Assembly: GCA_964611355.1 (NCBI GenBank)
Contig: CAZSYD010000010.1
Span: forward strand, 45,207-65,206
Reading direction: 5' to 3'
Length of the DNA stretch: 20,000 nucleotides
DNA from: an uncultured Ignavibacteriales bacterium
Lineage (GTDB): Bacteria > Zixibacteria > MSB-5A5 > GN15 > JAAZOE01
Shown: positions 9,264 to 18,043 of the stretch, one piece after another
Layout of the letters: every line of letters begins with the position of its first letter
How positions within the stretch are numbered: the first letter of the stretch is position 1
Made by a program: the position numbers and the translations under genes
The notes under the pieces: model-generated
Told to the model about the DNA's origin: nothing
Seen by the model: only the letters and a program-made list of their open reading frames with translations
Database searches by the model: none

Positions 9264-9298
9264 AAAAGCTTATTAGCAGATCGCATCAAGGAGTGGAA

Positions 9299-10624
9299 AT
9301 GGTAAAAACAAAGGAAGAAATCCTCGACCGTATCGACAGCGCCGGCGTGAAGTTTATCAGGCTTTGTTTCACCGATATTCTCGGACGTTTGAAAGGGATG
9401 GCCCTGACCCGTCCTGAGATAGAGGAAGTGCTGGAATACGGCCAGGGATTTGACGGTTCTTCGATTGAAGGTTTCGTTCGAATCGAGGAATCGGATTTGA
9501 TGGCGGTGCCCGATCCCCGGACTTTCCGGATTTTCCCCTGGCTGGTCGGTGGCGAAAAGGTAGCCATGATGTTCTGCGATATTGAAACGCCACAGGGCGA
9601 GCCTTATGCCGGTGATCCGCGGTACGTCCTGCGCCGGGCTCTGGATAAGATTAATGAGAAACGCTGGACTTTTTATACCGGACCTGAAATCGAATATTTT
9701 TACTTCAAAGATGAAAAGAATCCGCAAATTCTGGATCGAGGCGGGTATTTCGATTATGCTACCGCTGACATCGGCACCACTCTTCGCAAAAAAACGGTAA
9801 GGGCGCTGGAAGAGATCGGCATTCCGGTGGAATGTTGCCACCACGAAGCAGCGCCTTCGCAGCAGGAAATCGATCTTAAATTTCGGGATGCCCTGGTGAT
9901 GGCTGATTTCGCCCAAATATACCGTTTTCTCGTGAAGGAAACGGCTCAGGAAAACGGCTACTATGCGACTTTTATGCCAAAACCCCTGTTTGGCGAAAAC
10001 GGCTCCGGTATGCATGTCCATATGTCGATTTTTGAGAATGGCCGGAATCTCTTTTTCGACGGCAAAAATCCTTATCACCTTTCAAAACTTGCGCAGAATT
10101 TTGTAGCCGGGATATTAAATCATATAAAAGAGATTACTCTCGTTACCAATCAGTGGGTCAATTCCTACAAGAGGCTGGTGGCGGGGTACGAAGCCCCGGT
10201 TTATATCTCGTGGGGACGACGCAACCGTTCGTCGCTGGTCAGGGTGCCGATGTATCGGGTCGGCAAGGAAAACTCGACCCGCGTGGAACTCCGCTCACCC
10301 GATCCGGCCTGTAACCCCTATCTTGCCTTCGCTGTTATTCTGGCGGCGGGATTGAAAGGCATCGAAAAAGAGTATGAGCTTCCCGAACCCGTCGAGGGAA
10401 ATATCTTCCACATGTTGCCGGAAGAGCGAGAATCATGCGGCATCGAATCGCTCCCCAAAACATTGGAAGAAGCGATACAGGCGACGGAGAATTCCGAGTT
10501 GGTTAGGGAAACCCTCGGTGATCATGTGTTTGAAACGCTTCTGGCCAATAAACGGGTGGAATGGGACGCCTATCGCATCCATGTCAGCGAGTATGAAATA
10601 GATAAGTATATGTCGATGCTTTAA
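9299..10624 (+). CDS. glnA: Glutamine synthetase type I (GSI-alpha-like)
   Basis: FDGSSIEGFVRIEESD, GPEIEY, HHEAAPSQQEID, ATFMPKP..GENGSGMHVH, NSYKRLVAGYEAP, NRSSLVRVP, RVELRSPDPACNPYLA. ATG at 9299 preferred over GTG 9293 because AAGGAG lies 5 nt upstream. Confidence 0.95.
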   Translation: MVKTKEEILDRIDSAGVKFIRLCFTDILGRLKGMALTRPEIEEVLEYGQGFDGSSIEGFVRIEESDLMAVPDPRTFRIFPWLVGGEKVAMMFCDIETPQGEPYAGDPRYVLRRALDKINEKRWTFYTGPEIEYFYFKDEKNPQILDRGGYFDYATADIGTTLRKKTVRALEEIGIPVECCHHEAAPSQQEIDLKFRDALVMADFAQIYRFLVKETAQENGYYATFMPKPLFGENGSGMHVHMSIFENGRNLFFDGKNPYHLSKLAQNFVAGILNHIKEITLVTNQWVNSYKRLVAGYEAPVYISWGRRNRSSLVRVPMYRVGKENSTRVELRSPDPACNPYLAFAVILAAGLKGIEKEYELPEPVEGNIFHMLPEERESCGIESLPKTLEEAIQATENSELVRETLGDHVFETLLANKRVEWDAYRIHVSEYEIDKYMSML

Positions 10625-10642
10625 GCCTTAACCCGTCACAGG

Positions 10643-12106
10643 ATGATGGATGATTACGGCAACCTGACCGGCGTCGATATAATAAGGCTGGTCGGGAAAA
10701 AAGAAATCAAAGCGGTCGAACTGGCCGAAGCCGCCCTGAATTTAGCTGAATCGGAAGGAAAACGTCTCAACGCCGTAATCACTGTCTGCCGTGATAAGGC
10801 TATGGCTCAGGCCGGAAACGTCGACCGGATAGTCAAAAACGGGGGCAAGATCCCGCTTCTTGCGGGAGTGCCGGTTATCATCAAGGATAATATAGTATAT
10901 TCCGGGTATCCGACCACCTGCGGCAGCCGCATCCTTGAAGGATATATTTCGCCTTATGATGCTACCTGCGTAAAGCGGCTGGAACAGTCCGGCGCAGTGA
11001 TTATCGGCAAGGCCAATATGGATGAGTTCGCCATGGGTTCTTCCAACGAGACCAGCGCTTATGGAGCGGTCAAGAACCCAGTTTGCGATGGTCTCGTGCC
11101 GGGAGGATCATCGGGCGGGTCGTGCGCGGCGGTGGCCGCCGGAATCGTCCCGATCGCCTACGGTTCCGATACCGGCGGATCTGTCCGCCAGCCGGCAGGA
11201 TTTTGCGGAGTGGTGGGATTGAAACCGTCTTACGGTGCTGTTTCGCGGTACGGGTTGGTAGCCTTTGCTTCTTCCACTGACCAGATCGGCCCGATAGCGC
11301 GCAATGCTACCGATTGCGCCCTCGCTTATGAAGCCATAGCCGGATATGACGCTAACGATTCAACGTCGGTCAGATTCAATCACCCGGCCTATTCTAATGA
11401 AATTGAAAATGGAGACGACAGGAAATTTCGTTTTGGAGTACCCGAAGAATATTTTGCCGAGGGAATAGATACTGAGGTCAGGGCCTGTGTTGAAAAAGCG
11501 ATTAAAAGGCTTGAGCGGGCCGGTCATCGAATCGTTAACGTATCCCTTCCGCATACTGATTTGGCTATTGCCGCATATTATATAATTGCCAATGCCGAAG
11601 CTTCATCGAATCTGGCCCGATTCGACGGCGTAAGGTACGGCTTTTCAGAAGGCCGCGATAAGGGATTATCCGAAATGTATTGCGAGACACGGGGTAAGGG
11701 ATTCGGCGCCGAGGTGAAACGGCGCATCATGCTGGGAACTTTTGTTCTTTCGGCAGGGTATTACGACGCCTATTACCTGAAGGCTCAAAAGGTGCGTGAG
11801 ATCATTCGGCGCGATTTTGAAAACCTGTTTAATAAGGCTGACCTGATGCTGTCTCCGACTTCGCCGACCGCCGCTTTCAGGCTGGGCGAAAAACTGGATG
11901 ATCCGCTCGAAATGTATCTCTCCGATATCCTTACTGTGCCTGCCAACCTTGCCGGTATACCGGCTATTTCTATCCCGTGCGGCAAAACCGCGGACGGCCG
12001 TCCCGTTGGCCTGCAAATAACCGCGCCTGCCTTCGGCGAGGCTGATCTTTTGATCGCCGCACGGCAGGCCGAAAAATTAATGGGGTATCAAAATGCCGAT
12101 GATTGA
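10643..12106 (+). CDS. gatA: Asp-tRNA(Asn)/Glu-tRNA(Gln) amidotransferase subunit A
   Basis: Amidase signature IKDNI, GKANMDEFAMGSS, PGGSSGGS, GSDTGGSVRQPA; GatA-specific EASSNLARFDGVRYG and GFGAEVKRRIMLGTFVLSAGYYDAYY. Confidence 0.97.
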   Translation: MMDDYGNLTGVDIIRLVGKKEIKAVELAEAALNLAESEGKRLNAVITVCRDKAMAQAGNVDRIVKNGGKIPLLAGVPVIIKDNIVYSGYPTTCGSRILEGYISPYDATCVKRLEQSGAVIIGKANMDEFAMGSSNETSAYGAVKNPVCDGLVPGGSSGGSCAAVAAGIVPIAYGSDTGGSVRQPAGFCGVVGLKPSYGAVSRYGLVAFASSTDQIGPIARNATDCALAYEAIAGYDANDSTSVRFNHPAYSNEIENGDDRKFRFGVPEEYFAEGIDTEVRACVEKAIKRLERAGHRIVNVSLPHTDLAIAAYYIIANAEASSNLARFDGVRYGFSEGRDKGLSEMYCETRGKGFGAEVKRRIMLGTFVLSAGYYDAYYLKAQKVREIIRRDFENLFNKADLMLSPTSPTAAFRLGEKLDDPLEMYLSDILTVPANLAGIPAISIPCGKTADGRPVGLQITAPAFGEADLLIAARQAEKLMGYQNADD

Positions 12107-12308
12107 TACCGGAGAAGTGAAACTCTATTACGACGAAAAGGGTTCGGGGAAACCCCTGATATTGCCGCATGGCTTCACTCTCGACAATATCAAAGGCTCA
12201 GAAATTGATATTGTGCCCGGCGCGGGGCATATGTTAAATATGGAAGCGCCCGACGGGTTTAATTCCAGGCTGGAACGGTTCTTTGATCGGGTTGAAGGGG
12301 ATTTATGA
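12093..12308 (+). pseudogene. Alpha/beta-hydrolase remnant with large in-frame internal deletion
   Basis: 71 aa made of a typical Abhydrolase N-terminus (LYYDEKGSGKPLILPHGFTLD) joined directly to a typical C-terminus (IVPGAGHMLNMEAPDGFNSRLERFF); no GxSxG nucleophile region. Confidence 0.75.
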
Positions 12309-12877
12309 ATTATTTCGAGGTCCGTCAACGGCTGGCGGTTCTGGAGAAATTTCTTAGACTATATGGGGAATACCTTACTTTCACCAACCGGTTCAATAAT
12401 CCCGCAGCGCAGATACTCCTGCAAAAGATGCGGCCGCTGGTTCCGATGACGATTGATTCCCTGCGCAACGCGGGAGTGGGGACAATCGTCGCCCGCGACG
12501 CGCCTTCGCGCGGGCAAAAGAAATATAAGATCAACATCATCAAGGCGATTTTCCGCGAATCGCTTATTCAACATTTCAGTCTTGAAGAGCAGGCGCCTCT
12601 GGACGCGATCGAAGCGGCCATGGTCAAATACCGTATGATGCGCAGCCGGGCTTTTTTGCAGTTGTTTAATCCTATCTTCTGGCTGGTGATTTTTATCGGA
12701 TACGCAGCCGAATCGCCGTTTATTCTGCTGCGCCAGTGCGGCTTTGAGGAAGTAAAGGATTTCAAAAAAACGGCGGCCGGACGTTTTATCAAGATAATTG
12801 TCATGCTTTTGATTTTGATTATTTTGATTGAAGCTGTCGGTTTCAGGCGCTGGGTCTGGAATCTAATCGGCCTTTAA
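12305..12877 (+). CDS. Hypothetical membrane protein with two C-terminal hydrophobic segments
   Basis: 190-aa ORF with an ATGA overlap to the upstream ORF and GAAGGGGA upstream. Hydrophobic segments FNPIFWLVIFIGYAAESPFILL and IIVMLLILIILIEAVGF. Fills the gatA-gatB gap on the coding strand. Confidence 0.7.
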   Translation: MNYFEVRQRLAVLEKFLRLYGEYLTFTNRFNNPAAQILLQKMRPLVPMTIDSLRNAGVGTIVARDAPSRGQKKYKINIIKAIFRESLIQHFSLEEQAPLDAIEAAMVKYRMMRSRAFLQLFNPIFWLVIFIGYAAESPFILLRQCGFEEVKDFKKTAAGRFIKIIVMLLILIILIEAVGFRRWVWNLIGL

Positions 12878-12891
12878 CCTTCGGAAAATCG

Positions 12892-14340
12892 ATGGTGAGC
12901 GGGATAAAAGAATACGAACCTGTTATCGGCCTGGAAGTGCACGCTCAGCTTCTTACAGCCTCCAAAATGTTTTGCGGCTGCCGTGCGGAGTTCGGCGCGC
13001 CGCCGAACAGCCATACCTGTCCGGTTTGTCTGGGGCATCCGGGGGCGTTGCCGGTTTTGAATAAACGGGCTGTGGAGTATGCCGTCAAAATGATTCTGGC
13101 TGTCGGAGGAGAAGTCAAATTTCATTCGGTTTTCGCCCGCAAGAATTATTTCTATCCCGACCTGCCGAAAGGGTACCAGATATCCCAGTACGACCGGCCG
13201 ATCGGCGTGGGGGGAAAGGTTCATATCGAGCTTGAAGATTATTCCAAAACCATCGGCATTGCCCGTATCCATCTCGAAGAGGACGCCGCAAAGCTGCTTC
13301 ACCCCGAACATGGCGAAGGCGAAACCCGGATTGATTTTAACCGTTGCGGTATACCGCTGATCGAAATTGTTTCCAAACCGGATATTCGCACCCCGCGTGA
13401 AGCGCGCGCCTATTTGAATAAGCTGAAACAGGTACTGCGATATCTGAGTATTTGTTCGGGAGATATGGAAAAAGGCGCCCTTCGCTGTGACGCTAATGTT
13501 TCGCTGCGTCTCAGGGGAAGCGAAGGTTTCGGGATCAGGACGGAGTTGAAAAATCTTAATTCGTTTAAGGCGGTGGAAAAAGCGCTGACCTATGAGATAG
13601 AACGTCAGGCGGAAATACTGGAATCGGGCGGCGCCGTCAGCCAGGCGACGATGCTCTGGGATGAAAACAGGCAGAAGACCAGGCCGATGCGCGGCAAAGA
13701 GGAATCTGAGGATTATCGGTACTTTCCGGAGCCGGATCTGGTTAACCTTGAGATTGATAAGGAGTGGATCGACGATATTAAATTATCGCCTCCCGAACTG
13801 CCTGACGTTAAAATGAATAGAATCGTCAAAGAATATGGCATACCTCGTTATGACGCGGCCGTATTGACCGATTTGCCGGAGCTGGCCGATTATTTCGAGG
13901 CGGTGGCGAAGGGAGTCAAAGATAAAAAGCTGGCCTCCAACTGGGTCATGGTCGAGCTTTTGCGGGTGATCAGGGAGCGGAAGGCCGATATTCGATCTTT
14001 TGCAGTCAATCCGGAAATGCTGGCGGAACTGTTGCAAAACATCGAATCAGGTATTATATCCCGAAAGATGGCCAGGGAGATTTTCGAGGAGATGGTCAAC
14101 ACAGGCAGACGGGCGGCGGCCATCATCGACAAGAAAGAATTGAGACAAATTACCGATAAGGATGAGTTGGTTTCCGCGGTTGAAATCATACTCAATGCTC
14201 AAAAGGATCGGGTGGAAAAATATAAGGGCGGCAAAACCGCGCTGTTTGAATTTTTTGTGGGGCAGGTGATAAAAGAAACCGGAGGAAAGGCCGACCCGCA
14301 AGTGGTCAGAAGTATTTTGAAAGAAAAACTGAATGGCTGA
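12892..14340 (+). CDS. gatB: Asp-tRNA(Asn)/Glu-tRNA(Gln) amidotransferase subunit B
   Basis: YEPVIGLEVHAQL, CPVCLGHPGALP, RKNYFYPDLPKGYQISQYD, HLEED, LRCDANVS, ELKNLNSF, DYRYFPEPDL; C-terminal YqeY-like domain (FFVGQVIKETGGKADP). Confidence 0.97.
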   Translation: MVSGIKEYEPVIGLEVHAQLLTASKMFCGCRAEFGAPPNSHTCPVCLGHPGALPVLNKRAVEYAVKMILAVGGEVKFHSVFARKNYFYPDLPKGYQISQYDRPIGVGGKVHIELEDYSKTIGIARIHLEEDAAKLLHPEHGEGETRIDFNRCGIPLIEIVSKPDIRTPREARAYLNKLKQVLRYLSICSGDMEKGALRCDANVSLRLRGSEGFGIRTELKNLNSFKAVEKALTYEIERQAEILESGGAVSQATMLWDENRQKTRPMRGKEESEDYRYFPEPDLVNLEIDKEWIDDIKLSPPELPDVKMNRIVKEYGIPRYDAAVLTDLPELADYFEAVAKGVKDKKLASNWVMVELLRVIRERKADIRSFAVNPEMLAELLQNIESGIISRKMAREIFEEMVNTGRRAAAIIDKKELRQITDKDELVSAVEIILNAQKDRVEKYKGGKTALFEFFVGQVIKETGGKADPQVVRSILKEKLNG

Positions 14341-14944
14341 TAAGGTCAGACTGGCGGTCTTTATTTCCGGTTCCGGCACAAATCTGCAATCGATTATCGA
14401 TAATTGTACAAGCGGCTTTATACCGGGCGAGGTGGCTCTGGTCGTCTCCAGCAAAAAAGACGTCTATGGCTTGGTGCGGGCCGAAAAGGCCGGTATCGAA
14501 AGCGTAATTTATCGCCGAAAAAGTTTTCCTGACGGAAAAATCGCCGATGATTACCTTCTCGATCTTCTCGATAAATATAAAATCGATATTATCGCTCTGG
14601 CCGGTTATCTCAAGATGGTACCGCCGGTGGTTGTCGCCAGGTACCGGGGTCGTATCGTCAATATTCATCCGGCCCTTTTGCCTAAATATAGCGGGAAAGG
14701 GATGTACGGAATGAGTGTCCATCGGGCGGTAATCGAGGCCAAAGAAAAGGAATCCGGCGTAACTATTCATGCCGTAGATGAAGTCTACGATCACGGCAGG
14801 ATACTGGCCCGGGAAAAAGCGCCGGTGTTCCCGGAAGACACGCCGGAAGAATTGGCGGCGCGGATATTGAAAATCGAGCACACTCTATACCCAAAAGTAA
14901 TCAGGGAACTATCCGAGGAAATACTGAAGGCGAAACGTCAATGA
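14333..14944 (+). CDS. purN: Phosphoribosylglycinamide formyltransferase
   Basis: [52 protein letters not shown]; 8-nt overlap with gatB. Confidence 0.96.
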   Translation: MADKVRLAVFISGSGTNLQSIIDNCTSGFIPGEVALVVSSKKDVYGLVRAEKAGIESVIYRRKSFPDGKIADDYLLDLLDKYKIDIIALAGYLKMVPPVVVARYRGRIVNIHPALLPKYSGKGMYGMSVHRAVIEAKEKESGVTIHAVDEVYDHGRILAREKAPVFPEDTPEELAARILKIEHTLYPKVIRELSEEILKAKRQ

Positions 14945-15831
14945 GAGAAGTTCTGACGACTGGTATAACGGAATTTCCTCTCTATTCACGAGGGAAGGTA
15001 CGTGACGTCTATGATCTTGACGATCGGTTGCTGATTGTTACCACCGACCGGGTTTCGGCCTTTGATATTGTCATGCCGAACGGCGTTCCCGGCCGCGGTA
15101 TGGAACTGGTCGCAATTTCAATCTTCTGGTTCGATTTCCTTAAAGACATAATTGGCAATCACCTGATTACGGCCGACATAGAGCAATACCCGCCTGAACT
15201 GCATAAATATCGCGACATTCTGGAAGGCCGCTCAATGATTGTCAGAAAAGCGCGGCGAGTCGATATCGAATGTATTGTTCGCGGTTATATTTCCGGATCG
15301 TTCTGGAAAGAATACAAAATGGCGCGCGAAAAAGGAACCACGACGATTCACGGGTTCGCTCTGCCCGAAAATCTTAAGGAATCGGGCAGATTCCCGCGGG
15401 CGATCTTTACGCCATCGACCAAAGCCGAAGAAGGCCACGACGAAAATATCTCTTTTGATAAAATGGTCGATCTGGTTGGGCGGGAAACAGCCGAGCTTTG
15501 CCGCGATAAGTCATTGGCCGTTTACAATAAAGCGGCCGAATATGCCCTGACCCGCGGTATTATCATAGCTGATACCAAGTTCGAATTCGGGTTTGATGAC
15601 GACGATTTAATCCTGATTGATGAAGCATTGACTCCCGATTCATCGCGCTTCTGGCCGGTTGACGAATACGAGGCGGGACATTCGCAGCCCTCGTTTGACA
15701 AGCAGATTATACGCGATTATCTTAGTATGCTGGATTGGGATAAAACCGAACCGGCGCCGGGACTTCCGGATGAAGTTATAAAAGAAACGCAGGAAAAATA
15801 TCGGGAGGTAGTTGCCCGGTTAAGGCAATAA
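14941..15831 (+). CDS. purC: Phosphoribosylaminoimidazole-succinocarboxamide (SAICAR) synthase
   Basis: [73 protein letters not shown] overlap with purN. Confidence 0.96.
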   Translation: MREVLTTGITEFPLYSRGKVRDVYDLDDRLLIVTTDRVSAFDIVMPNGVPGRGMELVAISIFWFDFLKDIIGNHLITADIEQYPPELHKYRDILEGRSMIVRKARRVDIECIVRGYISGSFWKEYKMAREKGTTTIHGFALPENLKESGRFPRAIFTPSTKAEEGHDENISFDKMVDLVGRETAELCRDKSLAVYNKAAEYALTRGIIIADTKFEFGFDDDDLILIDEALTPDSSRFWPVDEYEAGHSQPSFDKQIIRDYLSMLDWDKTEPAPGLPDEVIKETQEKYREVVARLRQ

Positions 15832-15839
15832 TAGGATTG

Positions 15840-15868
15840 TTGACAAACGACAAAATTGTCATCACCGT
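15840..15868 (+). promoter_or_regulatory. Possible internal promoter/operator upstream of purH
   Basis: Perfect TTGACA at 15840-15845 overlapping the inverted repeat TGACAA-N9-TTGTCA (15841-15861); the -10 at 17-nt spacing (CACCGT) is weak. Confidence 0.3.
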
Positions 15869-15913
15869 GGACTGGCTTCCGCAGTCGCAGGGAAAGATAA
15901 CGAAGGGGAAAAA

Positions 15914-17488
15914 ATGCAGGATTTGATGAAGATAAAGCGAGCCCTGATTTCCGTATCGGATAAGACCGGTCTTGTCGAACTGGCCGGTAAGTTGAAAGAT
16001 ATGGAGGTGCAGATAATTTCCACCGGCGGTACTCTGGCCAAACTTAAAGAGGCGGATATACAGGCGATTTCGATTACCACCTTTACCGGCGCTCCGGAGA
16101 TTCTCGGCGGTCGGGTAAAAACGCTTCATCCCAAGGTCCACGCCGGGATTTTATTTAGACGGGATAGCGAGGAACATCAGGCCGAGATGACTCAGCAGGA
16201 ATGCAAGGGAATCGATCTGGTGGTGGTTAGTCTCTATCCGTTCGAACAGACCTTAGGTGACCCCGGCGCGAGTGACGTCGATAAAATCGAAAATATAGAT
16301 ATCGGCGGGCCGACCATGATTCGGGCCGCGGCCAAGAATTATGAATCGGTGGCGGTGGTAACCGGTCCGTCTGACTATGTCCGGATAATCGGGGAAATGG
16401 AGAAAAACGACGGCTGTCTTTCATACGCCACGCGGCGGCGGCTGGCCGGCAAGGCATTCGCATTGACGACTCGATATGATACCGCTATCGCCGGTTATTT
16501 TGCCGGATTACTGGAAGAAAAAAAGGCAGGAGAAGAAAAAGAGGGTATTGATCTTTCTTTTACAAAGATTCAAGACCTTCGATACGGTGAAAACCCGCAT
16601 CAGTCGGCGGCTTTTTATCGGTTGAAAAGATATAACGGTGTTACTCTGGCCGACGCCGTTCAGCATTCCGGCAAGGACTTATCATACAATAACATAGCCG
16701 ATATCGACGCCACTCTTGACATGATTCTGGAATTCGAGGAACCGTTCGCGGTGGTGGTCAAGCACGCCAACCCGTGCGGCGCGGCCGAAGCCGACACGTT
16801 GACCGAAGCCTACCGGCTGGCGTATGAAACCGATCCTCTTTCGGCCTATGGGTCGATCATCGGTCTTAATCGGGTAGTAAATATTGATACCGCCAACCTT
16901 CTGCACCGGACTAAATTTATCGAATGCGTGCTGGCTCCGGGGTATTCCGATGAAGCGCTGGCTCTTTTACGAAAGAAAAAAGCCCGGCGGCTTCTGTCGC
17001 TGCCATCGATATTGGAAAATCTGCCCGCGCCGGATAAGGTCTATAAACATATTCGAGGCGGTCTTCTAACTCAAACTCCCGATAATATCGATCTTGACCG
17101 GGCCGGGATTACGATCGCGACCAAAAAGAAACCGACCGAAGCCGAGATGGAGTCTTTAATCTTCGGCTTCAAACTTGTCAAGCACGTAAGGTCAAATGCG
17201 GTATTGATTTGTCAGGGGAAGGCGGCGGTTGGTATCGGCATGGGACAAACCTCGCGCGTCGATTCATCGTTTTTGGCCGTTAAGCGAGCCGGAGATCGGG
17301 CAATGGGCGGAACCTGCGCTTCGGATGCCTTTTTCCCTATGGCTGATGGTTTGGAAGTCGTTGCCGATAAAGGAGTCAAGGCTTTTATTCAGCCCGGCGG
17401 TTCAAAAGGCGACCCGGATGTGATTGCAGCCGCCGACCGAATGGGAGTCAGTATGGTATTTACCGGGATCAGGCATTTTAAGCATTAG
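15914..17488 (+). CDS. purH: Bifunctional AICAR transformylase / IMP cyclohydrolase
   Basis: RALISVSDKTG, STGGT, GGRVKTLHPKVHAGIL, ENIDIGGPTMIRAAAKN, LRYGENPHQ, LSYNNI, KHANPCG, KHVRSNA, ASDAFFP, QPGGS, TGIRHFKH. An alternative start exists at ATG 15926. Confidence 0.97.
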   Translation: MQDLMKIKRALISVSDKTGLVELAGKLKDMEVQIISTGGTLAKLKEADIQAISITTFTGAPEILGGRVKTLHPKVHAGILFRRDSEEHQAEMTQQECKGIDLVVVSLYPFEQTLGDPGASDVDKIENIDIGGPTMIRAAAKNYESVAVVTGPSDYVRIIGEMEKNDGCLSYATRRRLAGKAFALTTRYDTAIAGYFAGLLEEKKAGEEKEGIDLSFTKIQDLRYGENPHQSAAFYRLKRYNGVTLADAVQHSGKDLSYNNIADIDATLDMILEFEEPFAVVVKHANPCGAAEADTLTEAYRLAYETDPLSAYGSIIGLNRVVNIDTANLLHRTKFIECVLAPGYSDEALALLRKKKARRLLSLPSILENLPAPDKVYKHIRGGLLTQTPDNIDLDRAGITIATKKKPTEAEMESLIFGFKLVKHVRSNAVLICQGKAAVGIGMGQTSRVDSSFLAVKRAGDRAMGGTCASDAFFPMADGLEVVADKGVKAFIQPGGSKGDPDVIAAADRMGVSMVFTGIRHFKH

Positions 17489-17501
17489 GCAAACATTGTG
17501 C

Positions 17502-17530
17502 TTGCAAAACCGGTTTTCTATACATAAATT
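17502..17530 (+). promoter_or_regulatory. Putative sigma70-type promoter for the DUF494-coaBC-udg unit
   Basis: TTGCAA at 17502-17507, 17-nt spacer, TAAATT at 17525-17530; the palindrome AAAACCGGTTTT (17506-17517) covers the end of the -35 and part of the spacer. Confidence 0.45.
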
Positions 17531-17553
17531 ACTTATTAAACGGGCGTGAGGTG

Positions 17554-18030
17554 ATGGTACACGAGAGAATTCTGGAAATTGTTGTCTACCTGGTGAGTCA
17601 TCTGAGTGATCGCCGGGAGGGCCTTGGCAACCTGGATGAAATGTCAACCGACCTCCGCTCTATGGGTTTTACCGACAATGAAATTTCTTCCGCATATAGC
17701 TGGTTGCTCAAGCATTTTGAAAACTATCCCAATGATTTTTCGGATCAAAATGACAGGACCGACAGTCGATCGGTGCGCGTTCTCTCCGAATATGAAAGAA
17801 AACTTATATCTGCCGAAGCGTACGGTTATCTTCTCCGACTCAGGCATCTGGATCTGATCACCGCCGCGCAGATGGAGATGATACTTGATCGCTGCATCTT
17901 ATTCGATACCGACCCGCTCGATATAGATGATATAAAAATTATCGCCTCGGCAACCATGTTTGAGGTCGGTTCCGCCGATCTGCCTTACGCCATATGGGTA
18001 GGTGATCCCGAAAGTGAACCGATCAATTAA
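17554..18030 (+). CDS. DUF494 / Smg-family protein
   Basis: ERILEIVVYL, LRSMGFTDNEISSAYSWL, SVRVLSEYE, EAYGYLLRLRHLDLI..QMEMILDR follow the Smg/DUF494 pattern; start is ATG 17554 or GTG 17551. Confidence 0.85.
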   Translation: MVHERILEIVVYLVSHLSDRREGLGNLDEMSTDLRSMGFTDNEISSAYSWLLKHFENYPNDFSDQNDRTDSRSVRVLSEYERKLISAEAYGYLLRLRHLDLITAAQMEMILDRCILFDTDPLDIDDIKIIASATMFEVGSADLPYAIWVGDPESEPIN

Positions 18031-18043
18031 TCGGTCGCTTCCG

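Noticed and set aside
4249..9298. tRNA-Sec (selC) or selD near selAB
   Set aside because: The region is fully coding except 9097-9298, which shows no cloverleaf, T-loop or TCA-anticodon arm; no selD-like ORF is present.
9097..9298. Glutamine (glnA-motif) riboswitch or GlnR/NtrC/NrpR site
   Set aside because: No match to those consensus patterns by eye; kept only as an unexplained structure under findings.
9257..10078. Long minus-strand ORFs (9257-10078, 7960-8670, 6927-7523, 14306-14881 and others)
   Set aside because: They are antisense shadows of well-supported + strand genes and have no recognisable motifs.
12093..12308. 71-aa ORF as a divergent GatC
   Set aside because: Size and position next to gatA are suggestive, but both halves carry clear alpha/beta-hydrolase motifs and no GatC-like pattern.
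15862..15913. ZMP/ZTP (pfl) riboswitch upstream of purH, suggested by GACTGGC
   Set aside because: The 3' CGCCTGGGC pseudoknot hairpin and the GGTGG..CCAC stem are absent, and the region is too short.
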